This document shows, in pieces, positions 54,865 through 64,000 of a stretch of 64,000 nt of DNA. Each line of letters starts with the position of its first letter. The stretch's first letter is position 1. Both the position numbers and the translations under genes were made by a program. The notes beneath the pieces are model-generated. The model had not been told where the DNA came from. It made no database searches and worked only from the letters and a program-made list of their open reading frames with translations. Source of the DNA: Hemiscyllium ocellatum (Eukaryota); the NCBI RefSeq assembly GCF_020745735.1, contig NC_083401.1:159020018-159084017 (forward strand), in the 5' to 3' direction.

Positions 54865-54975
54865 TAGGCTGTTCTGAGGAAAGGTCACCCGACCCAAAAC
54901 ATTAACTGATTTCTCTTCACAGATGCTGCCAAATGCGATGAGCTTTTCCAGCAACTTCTGTTTTTGTTTTGTTAC
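54865..54975 (+). mobile_element. Second-family PLE-derived repeat with decayed hammerhead
   Basis: CTGAGGA-aaGGTC(accc)GACC-caaaacatt, followed by the family tail. Confidence 0.55.
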
Positions 54976-55026
54976 ACTGATCCCAGCTTTGGAGGAAATG
55001 TGAAGAAGTTGAGCAATTTGTATCTG

Positions 55027-55243
55027 TGCTGAAAATGTGTTACTGGAAAAGCGCAGGAGGTCAGGCAGCATCCAAGGAACAGGAGAATCGACGTTTCGAG
55101 CATAAGTCCAAGATTCCTGAAGAAGGGCTTATGCCCGAAACGTCGATTCGCCTGTTCCTTGGATGCTGCCTGACCTGCTGCACTTTTCCAGCAATACATT
55201 TTCAGCTCTGATCGCCAGCATCTTTAGTCCTCACTTTCTCCTC
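55027..55243. mobile_element. Fold-back PLE-derived mini-element; intact hammerhead core on + at 55117-55144
   Basis: Inverted arms with CTGAAGA-A-GGGC(TTAT)GCCC-GAAA-CGTC. Flanks CAATTTGTATCTG (55014-55026) and CAATTTGTGTCTG (55244-55256). Confidence 0.9.
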
Positions 55244-55494
55244 CAATTTGTGTCTGCACCTATTTGAATTTAGAAGAATGAGACAGGGTTATTGAAATAT
55301 ACAAAATTGTTACTGGGACTTGACAGGGTAGATGCAGAAACTCTGCTTTTGGGAGAGTTTAGAACTGAAGAGTGTAATTTGAGAACGAGGACTTGCACTT
55401 TTAAGATAGCCATGAGGAAGAACTGCTTCTCAGTGGTCGTGAATCTGAGAGATTCTTTACTGCAAAGTGCTTTAAAAGCTGGATCATTAATAAG

Positions 55495-57682
55495 ACAGGG
55501 TAAGTGACTGAAGTAATAGTAGGGGAACACTTTGGGTATAATGATCACAATCAATTCTATTTGTTTTAAAACAGTGGTGGAGAAGAATAAGCCTTCAATA
55601 AAAATTAAAGCTTTTAACTGGAGTAAGGCAAATTTAATGGCATGAGACAAGCACATTAAAAAGTTGATTGGAGTAGACTGTTTGATGGTTGATAAGTGGG
55701 AGTCTTTCAAAAGTATGGTAACGAGAGTTCAGAGTTATTATGTTCCTGTTAGAGTGAAAGGTAAGGCTGGTTGGATTAGAGAACAATGGACAAATAAAGT
55801 ATTGAAATATTAGATTAGATATAGACAGCGACATTCAAATTAATTTCTTAGAAAAGTATAAAGAGTGTAGGGGAATTCTTAAGAGGGAGATCAGGAAGGC
55901 AAAGAGAGGATATGATGTAGCCTTTGCAAAGAAGGTTAAGGATAATCCAATAAGATTACAGTAAGTACACTAACAGCAAGAGAGCAGAGAGAGCGAGCAG
56001 AGAGGGAGTTGGCCCTCTTAAAGATCAAAGAGGTCACCTTTGTGTTGAACCTCAGAAGATGGGAGAGATAATAAATGAATATTTCACATCTGTTTTTACT
56101 GCGGAGAAAGAAATGGAGGCTAGAAACAGTTCACATTACAGAAGTGGCAAGTCCTAGTGTTTTAGAAAATATAAAAGTGGATAAATCTCAAGGACCAAAT
56201 CTAGAGTATCCCAGATATTGTAGGAAATTAAGGAAGAAATTACAGAGCCCTTGCAGAAATATTTGTATAATCTATAACTAAGGGTGAGGTGTTGGAGAAC
56301 TAGAGAGTGGCTAATGTTGTGCTTTTAAGCATGAAAGGAGAAGCCTGGGAACTATGGACCTGTGAACCTGACATCGGTGGTGGGTAGGTATTGGTGGCAA
56401 TTCTGAAAGATAGAATTTATGCGCATTTGGAGAGGCAAGGAATGATTACAGACAGTCAACATGGTTTTGAGAAAGGGAAATTACATCACACAAACTTAAG
56501 TGAATTTTTTTTTAAGTAACCAAGATAATGGATGAGGGCAGAGAAGTAGACATTATTTACTTGGACTTTAGTAAAGCATTTGACGAAGTTCTGCATGGTA
56601 GACTAATTAGTAAAGTTAGATCACATGGGATTCAGGGTGAGCATGCCAACTGGATACAAATTGGCTTAATGGCAGGAGACAGGGTGGCGGTGAAGGCCTG
56701 TGATCAGCCGTATTCTACAGGGAACTGTGCTAGCTCCACTTTTGTTTGTCATTCATATAAATGATTTAGATGAGAATATAGAAAGCATGGTTAGTAAGTC
56801 TGAAGATGACATCAAAATTGGTGGTATAATCGTCAATGAAGGTAGATATTTAAGATTACAAAGACATCTTGATCAGTTAGGTTAATGAGCTGAAAAGTGG
56901 CAGATAGAGTTTAATTTGGACAAATGCAAGGTACTTCATTTTGGTAAACCAAACAAGGACAGGACTTATACAATTAAAAGTAGAGCCTTGGGAACGCTAT
57001 AGAACAGACAGACCTACAGGTTCAGGTCCATAATTCTTTGAAGTTTCCATCACATATAGATAGGGCAGTTAAAAAGTACAGTAGCACGCCTGCCTTCCTC
57101 ACTCAGATCTTGGAGTATAGGAGTTAGGATGTTATGTTGAGATTGTGCAGGACATTGGTGAGGCCTCCTCTGGAGTACTGTGTCGAGTTCTGGTCATCTT
57201 GTTCTAGAAAGAATATTAAGTTGAGAGAGAGTTCAGGACATTATAACTAGGATGCTACTGGCATTGGGAGAGTCTGAGTTATAAGGAGAGGCTGGGACCT
57301 TTTTCACTGGTGCTTAGGAAGTTTAGGGGTGACCTCAACAGGTTTATAAAATCATGAAAGGTATAGATAAAGTGAATGGGTAGGTGTCTTTTCCCTAGGC
57401 TGGGGGATTTCAAGACAAGAGTCATGTTTTTAAGGTGAGAGGAAAAAGATTTTAAAAATACATAAGGAGCATCTTTTTATACAGAGTGGTTTGTAAGTGG
57501 AATGAATTTCCAAAGAAATTAGTGGATGTGGCAGTTATAAATTTTTAAAAGCATTTGGATAAAGTAAATGAGTAAGAAATGTTTGGAGGGATATGGGCCA
57601 AGTGCAGGCAGGTGGGACTGTTTAGTGTGGGATTATGATGGACTGGTTGAGGTGAAAGGTCTGTTTCTATACTGTATGACTA
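55495..57682 (+). mobile_element. CR1 LINE ORF2 fragment with 3' end
   Basis: IYLDFSKAFDEVLHGRL, QGTVLAPLLFVIHINDLD and LEYCVEFW remnants. Tail ctgtatgact. Confidence 0.9.
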
Positions 57683-58739
57683 ACAGATTTGGACAAAATT
57701 TTTAATCAGTAAGAGAATCAAGGGTTTTCGAAAAAAGGCAGGAAGATGAAGTTTGGATCATCAGATCAATCATGCTCACACTGAATGCCAAAGGAGACTT
57801 GATGAGCTGAATAGCCTATTTCTGCTACTAGATCCTGCTGTCTTACACATGAGGGGAGGAGGCCACCTCCAGATGGGCATGGGTGGAAAAGAGGCTGCTG
57901 CTAAGCAGGCACCAGCAGAGCTGACTGCCATAAGTCTAGCTTGGGCAGAGGAAGCTGCAAGATGGCCGAGGGATAAGTGAGCTACAAAGATGAGAAGAGG
58001 ATACTGCAATGGATAGAGAATACTTTTTAAACCCATGAACAAAGGAATGCTGTGCTGTCTGGATTCCAAGAAAAAAAATTAATCACTAAAATCATGAATT
58101 CCTTGCAAATAAATATGGAATCTCCAGTTTAGATTGCATATTTTCAAGTACACTTAGGAAAAATAAAAGGCAAATATCCCATTGTAATTGTTGGTGGTTA
58201 AATTTAAATCAATGTATGATAAAAAGTCTGTCTGATTTAAAATGTTCCATCTTTGTGGAAAAGAAATGTGACTTAATTAGCTGTGACCTTACTGGTTTAT
58301 ACAAGGTATGATTACATTGATAGTTTTTTTCCTGCGTTTAACCATATATCAACTATTTGACTAAAAGTCCTTGTTGTTAAGTTACATCTGCTGTCTTGTA
58401 CCGATTTAAAAACTGTAGTATATCGGAAATTAATGTTTTCATTCTGTGCTGCAGCTTTAAGAGACAATTGATTTATTGGAATAGTATGAATTTCTTCTAA
58501 TTCTGTTCCTGAGCAACTTCAAATCCCCTATAAATCAGCACAACTACAGAAGGTATCATTACTATATGACTACATCACCTAACAAATGAGTTTGCAACAA
58601 TGATAAAGAGGAGTCCCTAAAAGATCAAAATCTGAAATCCCAAGAGGAGCCCTCAAAAATAAAAACATTGACCACTGGAGAATTGAGTATATTAATGACA
58701 AAATTGGCCAGAATCACAATAGTTGCAAAACAGGACACC

Positions 58740-59420
58740 ATCTTCAGTGAGTCTCTGAATGAAGCACTGGTGGTGTAGCCCACTTTCTATTTATATGTTT
58801 GAGTTTCCTAGGGTTGGTTATATCAGTTCCTGGTGTGACATCATTTCCTATGGTGATGTTGCTTTTTCCAGTTCTTTTTCTCAAGGGATGGTAAATGGGA
58901 TCCAAGTCAATATGTTTGTTGATAGAGTTCTGGTTGGAATGCCATGCTTCTAGGAATTCTCATGCGTGTCTCTATTTGGTTGTCCTAGGATGGATATGTT
59001 GTCCCAGTGGTATCCTTCCTTATCCATATGTAAGGATACTAATGAGAGTGGGTCATGTCTTATTGTGGCTAGTTGATGTTCACATAAACTGGTGCCTAGT
59101 TTTCTGCCTGTTTGTCCAATGTAGTGTTTGTTATAGTTCTTGCAAGGTATTTTGTAAATGACATTAGCTTTACTTGTTGTCTGTGTAGGGTCTTTCAAGT
59201 TCATTAACTGCCGTTTTAGTGTGTTGATGGGTTTGTGGGCTACCATGATGCCAAGGAGTCTGAGTAGTCGAGGAGTCTTTTCCAAGATGTCTTTGATGTC
59301 GGGGGAGCGTGGCTAGAATTTTTAGACATGTTGTGTCTGCTTGAACGTACCTTCCAGCTCAGAGAACAAACCTACATCCAGAACCTCATCCTGAGCTATA
59401 AATCCTCTCAAAGCTCGCTA
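58740..59420 (-). mobile_element. Penelope-like element fragment with GIY-YIG endonuclease
   Basis: ORF 58950-59285 encodes NVIYKIPCKNYNKHYIGQTGRKL...EH. The same family as 31905-32188, with an inverted tail at about 59345-59420. Confidence 0.88.
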
Positions 59421-59521
59421 ACAGGAAGCCAATTAGGCAACCATATCTGGTGCCACTCCCTGGTTTTCTCCTCATAGCATCTTCATGTTATAAGTCTGCC
59501 AACTGAGCAGAGGGATTTGTT

Positions 59522-59563
59522 CTCAGACGTTTCGTCACCATACTAGGTAACATCATCAGCGAG
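59522..59563 (-). ncRNA. Minimal hammerhead ribozyme motif (intact; MMAA intron 1, sense)
   Basis: CTCG-CTGATGA-T-GTTACC(TAGTAT)GGTGAC-GAAA-CGTC-TGAG. Confidence 0.8.
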
Positions 59564-61114
59564 CCTCTGATGAAGCGTTGATGTTCTGTCCTGCTTGCTT
59601 GCTATGTATGTTTATGCTGCTTAGCAAGCAACAATCTGCTCCATTTTCTAACACTTGGCCCATGCCCTGAATTCTATGGCATTTCAGATATTCACCGAAA
59701 CATTTCACAAGTGTTCCCAACTATACCATCCTTTCTGGCAATGAATTCCAAATAATGTTCATCTTCTAGGTGAATTTCTTTCTTCCTCAAAACCCCCCTC
59801 AACACTCCCCTCAACATTCTGGCCCTCACATTAAATCTATGCACCTGGATACTGATCCTTCAGAAAAAGGAAGGCTTCTTCCCATCAGTGTCTCTCATAA
59901 TTTTCAACACTTCAATCTCAGCCTTATCTGTTCCAAGGAAAACAAGCATTGTCTATCTACTCACTCTTCATAGTTGTGACACTACAGCCAAAGTAACATC
60001 CTGGTTTACCTGTTCTGCACCCTCACAACATGTTTTATATACATCTTTAATCTCCTCTGAACATTCTGCACCATGGAAAATAGCCCAAACTTCTGCCATC
60101 TTACGTAATTGAAGTCCATCACCCCGGAATCATTGCTGTTAAGGCTGTAATTATGATCATTACCACTGGATGGAGCAATAAACATGCACACACGGGGATA
60201 GAACCGCACTGCAACGAGAATCCCAGCAACAGCTACTGATCACAAACATGGAAATGTATTGGTCCTTTCACCCAGGGACTCCAGCAAGATAATATTTATA
60301 TAATGACAAAATGCATAACCTGGGATCAGATAAATGATACTATTTTATAAGTCGAACTGCAGAACTGCCACATTCTACATAAAAGGTAACCTAGGTAGCA
60401 TCATTCCTTTACATGATCCAATTTGTACTATGTTCTTATAGAAACTGGAGAAATAAAAATACAGTGCCATATGTTTTAAAAAATCTAAAACAAAGGTGTG
60501 GTAGTTTGCACTTGTACCAATGTCACTGCACATGGTGACAACAGCAGCATATGTGCAGGTAAATATCAATGCTTATTACAACCAGCTGACATCAACAGCC
60601 TCATCTGTACGTGTCAGTGGTCACTTCAGCAGTCAAAGTAATGGCTCCATTTTGTGACTCTTTTCTGCATTCTAATGACTTCACATCTTTCCTGAAGTGC
60701 GATGCTAAGAACTGGACACAACATGCTGATTAAGGTCAAACCAGTATTTTACACATTGTCAGCCTAATTACAGCTTTCTGACGCTTTTAATGAAGTGCAG
60801 AATGCTGAAGCATTTTCAATGCATTCTGATACACTATCAAACGACCCAGGTTTCTCTATTTCCGTATGCCTTTTAGAATTGTACTCTGTACTTTACATCC
60901 ACATTCCTCTGACCAAAATGCAACACTTAACACTTCTGTGCATCAAACTTTATCTGCCACTGAGTTCACCCATTTCACCAGTTAATGTCCTTTTGAAGGT
61001 TTAAAAATACTCCTTACTGATCATAATCCTTCCAACTGTCATATCTGCAAATTTTGAAATTATGCTATGTACACCAGTTATCTAGATCATTAAACGTATA
61101 GGAAGAACCACTGG

Positions 61115-61212
61115 TATTCTTGATGAACTGCTTATGCCTGAAACGTTGACTCTCCTGCTCCTCAGATGCTGCCCGACCTACTGTGCTTTTCCAGCACCAC
61201 ACTTTTTGACAC
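61115..61212 (+). mobile_element. Single-arm PLE-derived element (hammerhead core mutated)
   Basis: ttgatgaactgcttatgcctgaaacgttgactctcctgctcc...cttttccagcaccacact. Confidence 0.75.
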
Positions 61213-61659
61213 TGTTGCCAGTCATTCAGCCAATTTTGTATCCGTGACACTACTGTCCTGTTTATTTCAGGAACATAAGGATGTAGAATGTTGACAAGTT
61301 GGCTCACTGAGTCTGATCTGTCATTTAATATCTTCATGGCTGATATGAGAATCCTCAATTCTACTTTCCTGTCTTTTCTTTAATCCTCGATTAAAACCTC
61401 AGTTTTGACACTACTGAAATATTCTGTCTTGACAGCTCTATTTAGTAAAGAATGCCTCAGATTCACAAATTTCAAGAAATCCCTCTTCATTTTTATCTCC
61501 AATGGGTGACTCTTTACTCGGGTTCTCTCTCTGGGTTTAGATTCTCCCTCAAAAGGAGAAAACAACCTCAGTATCTATCTCATCAAGCAAACAAAGAATC
61601 TTTTTTATTTCAGTAAGGTCTCTTATTCTTCTAAATTCAAATAAGTATAAGCGCACATA

Positions 61660-61828
61660 GAAGAAAGTGAGGACTGCAGATGCTGGAGATCAGAGTCAAA
61701 AAGTAAGGCGCTGGAAAAGTACAGCAGGTCAGGCAGTATGAGGAGCAGGAAAATCAATGTTTCATGCATTAGGAATGACGAAGGGCTTATGCTCAAAACA
61801 TCAACTCTCCTGCTCCTCGGATGCTGTC
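61660..61828. mobile_element. Degenerate fold-back PLE-derived element
   Basis: Family terminus agaaagtgaggactgcagatgctggagatcagag, followed by a partial inverted arm. Confidence 0.75.
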
Positions 61829-61844
61829 TAAGGCCCAACATAGT

Positions 61845-62111
61845 CGGCACAGTGGCTAGCACTACTGCCTCACAACATCAGGGTCCCAGGTTCGATTCTA
61901 ACCTCAGGCGACTGTCAGTGTGAAGTGTGCACATTCTCCCAGTGTCTGCGTGGGTTTCCTCCCACAGTCCAAAGATGTGCAGGTCAGGTGAATTGGCCAT
62001 GTTAAATTGCCCAATGTTAGGTGCATTAGTCAGAGGGAAATAGGTGTGGCTGGGTTACTGTTTGGAGGGTCGGTGTGGACTGGTTGGGCTAAAGTAGGGA
62101 ATCTAATCTAA
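61845..62111 (+). mobile_element. HE1-type V-SINE
   Basis: ggcacagtggctagcact...ggttcgattc head, V-domain and an atctaatctaa tail. Confidence 0.85.
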
Positions 62112-62599
62112 TAATCGAACTCTCAAAAAATCTCTTCATAGAAATCTAGTAATCTACTTGAGGTGACAACTGTGGTCAGAAACCTGTTTCGCACCACTTT
62201 ACCAAACACAAAATAAAAGAGATTTTTAAGCTCTGAAGCAAACAGTACAGTTCATCCAGTACTTTCTACGTGGAATAAAGATGCTAAAAAGGGAAAGGTA
62301 ATTGAGCTGTATGGAGCTATGGAGGGTCCACCCATTTCAGTTACGAGAAATATCAATAACCAGGAAGCAGAGATTTAAAGTAATTGAAAGGAAGACTGAA
62401 GGAGTGTGCTGCAGGGTCATGATCACGTTGGTAAAGACAGAAAGCCTGGTCACATTTGAAAGCACTTCTGAAATCGATAACCTTGAGTCGGGGACCAAGC
62501 TTTGGAAAGTGAGACTCAGGCTGCGTTATGTTTGCGCCTATTGAAACAGTAATAATGAGCCGAATGACTTCCTCCGTGATAAGTTTTTTTTTCCCCCAT

Positions 62600-63365
62600 T
62601 TATATTCGCATTCTCCGTCAGCGAAAGGCGGAGAGCGGTACTGACCCACTCTGAAGGACAGCGGCTTCCCTCCATTCGGACGCTCTCGCTCCTTCTGACA
62701 GGTCAGTATTCTCTGCAGCAGCAGCCGGGCCAAGCACTTCTTGTGTTTGTGAGACGACTCCACCAGGGTGATCGCCTCCGCCAGGCAGGCTCTCTGTCCG
62801 CCCAGCAATCCGTCCAGCAGCCGGTCAAGCAGCTGCCTCTCCCAGTCGGAGAGGGTCTCGGCCAACAGCAGCTGCTCTCCCGCCAACACGGCTCCGCTGC
62901 TCCGGCGCCTGCACTGCGCTCGAGCTGGCTGCCAGCGCGCGGCCTCCGACTGCTCCCCAGCAGTGCCCATCCGGGACACCGGGTTCAGGCACGCGGAGCC
63001 AGCACGCGCCGAACTCAAACTCCTGGGCGCCGCGAGACTCCAACGGCTCTTGCACAACAGCCGCGCCGCCAACATCCTTCACAGGAAGGCGGAGACCACC
63101 GAGTTCCCGGCTTACACCTCCTCCAGCAGGTCTTTCGTTTCCATTTCTTCCTTACACTTTTGGGTGCGGGGAAACAACGAGGCCCACGTATCTTAACCCG
63201 ACTGAACTTTAACCCCTAGTCGGTCACTACATTGGAAAACAATGAAACACCAAGAGGTCGGTGGAGGGAAGGTAACCCAGTGTGACCTGTCCGTGAGCGG
63301 TTCCGGGGCACGCACTCCACTTCCCTTCACGCGTGCGCATTGGCCAACACTTTTTATCCCGGCAT
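62600..63365 (-). promoter_or_regulatory. CpG island / MMAA promoter region
   Basis: By far the most GC- and CpG-rich stretch of the window, covering exon 1 and about 300 bp upstream. Minus-strand motifs: TGCGCACGCG (NRF1-like, 63330-63339), GGAAGTG (ETS-like, 63318-63324), CCGGAA (63301-63306) and CCAAT (63339-63343 and 63231-63235). Confidence 0.75.
62646..63075 (-). CDS. MMAA: MMAA coding exon 1 (mitochondrial targeting peptide + N-terminal helical region)
   Basis: ATG at 63075. The N-terminus is Arg/Ser/Leu/Ala-rich and lacks acidic residues. It encodes GQRACLAEAITLVESSH...GKPLSFRVG, typical of MMAA, and ends at donor G|GTCAGT (430 nt, phase 1). Confidence 0.95.
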
Positions 63366-63409
63366 CGAATTTTTATGGAAACTTAGATCATTAACTCAGG
63401 CAGAAATCT

Positions 63410-63786
63410 CGGCCTTTTCTCGTTGGAACGGCGAAGGATATGGGGTGACTTGATAGAGGTTTATAAGATGATCAGAGGAATAGATAGAGTAGACAGTCAG
63501 AAACCTTTCCCCCCCCGGGTACAACAGTGTGTTACAAGGGGACATAAATTTAAAGTGAAGGGTGGAAGGTATGGGGGGGGGGGGGGAGAGAATGTCAGGG
63601 GTAGGTTCTTTACCCAGAGAGTGGTGGGGGCATGGAATGCGCTGCCCGTGGGAGTGGTAGAGTCAGAATCATTGGCGACCTTTAAGCGGCAATTGGATAG
63701 GTACATGGATGGGTGCTTAATCTAGGATAGATGTTCGGCACAACATCGTGGGCCGAAGGGCCTGTTCTGCTGTATTGTTCTATGTT
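63410..63786 (+). mobile_element. CR1 LINE 3' fragment
   Basis: ORF 63423-63725 encodes GDLIEVYKMIRGIDRVD...RFFTQRVVGAWNALP. Tail ttctatgtt. Confidence 0.88.
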
Positions 63787-63949
63787 CGAAATTGTTGAAA
63801 GAATGGTTGGGAGTGGTGTTAAGAGGAGGAGTGCCGTGATTGCTGAGGGAGGTAGGTGAACGGCAATGGTGGTTGCAGTGATTGTGTTTCCAATAATCGA
63901 TACAATAGGTAGAAAATACGTCATGATTTGGAGATGCCGGTGTTGGACT

Positions 63950-64000
63950 GAATTTCCTGTTCCTTGGATGCTGCCTGACCTGCTGCGCTTTAACCAGCAA
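63950..64000 (+). mobile_element. Arm of a PLE-derived element, cut by the window edge
   Basis: tcctgttccttggatgctgcctgacctgctgcgctttaaccagcaa. Confidence 0.75.

Noticed and set aside
7492-61830. CRISPR-like array or TIR MITEs suggested by recurring palindromic repeats
   Set aside because: The copies are dispersed with no spacer periodicity. The arms are asymmetric, the flanking duplications are long and variable, and the sequence is contiguous with a PLE coding remnant, so retroelement origin fits better.
62353-62645. C-terminal half of the 240-aa ORF
   Set aside because: Read-through into intron 1 after the GTCAGT donor; MMAA similarity stops at FRVG.
16330-63075. Bacterial meaB/argK gene or prokaryotic defence island
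   Set aside because: The gene is split by spliceosomal GT-AG introns in a LINE/SINE-rich vertebrate context; no operon structure.
62743-63219. Plus-strand ORFs of 142-158 aa and an alternative-frame minus ORF over exon 1
   Set aside because: Expected stop-codon scarcity in a GC-rich CpG island, with no recognisable protein features.

Overview
This is eukaryotic (vertebrate) genomic DNA, most likely an elasmobranch (shark or ray), judged from HE1-type V-SINEs and abundant CR1 LINEs. It holds one complete host gene, MMAA (mitochondrial MeaB-family GTPase), on the minus strand. The six coding exons are 63075-62646, 47178-47056, 44152-43982, 29804-29719, 27512-27363 and 16617-16330, giving 1248 nt / 415 aa, with all introns GT-AG and in phase. 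A CpG-island promoter carries NRF1, ETS and CCAAT-like motifs. The rest is mostly decayed mobile DNA: CR1 LINEs, an ERV integrase plus LTR, Gypsy and Rex1 remnants, and Tigger-like elements. The most striking structure is a dense population of Penelope-like element (PLE) derivatives that carry minimal hammerhead-ribozyme motifs. Many are short fold-back insertions with one arm about 35-40 nt longer than the other, flanked by 12-19 bp direct repeats. Four intact ribozyme cores lie in the sense orientation of the MMAA pre-mRNA. Hammerheads in PLEs are already known; what may be undescribed is this particular non-autonomous fold-back family and any effect on the host transcript. Repeat boundaries are approximate, read by eye.
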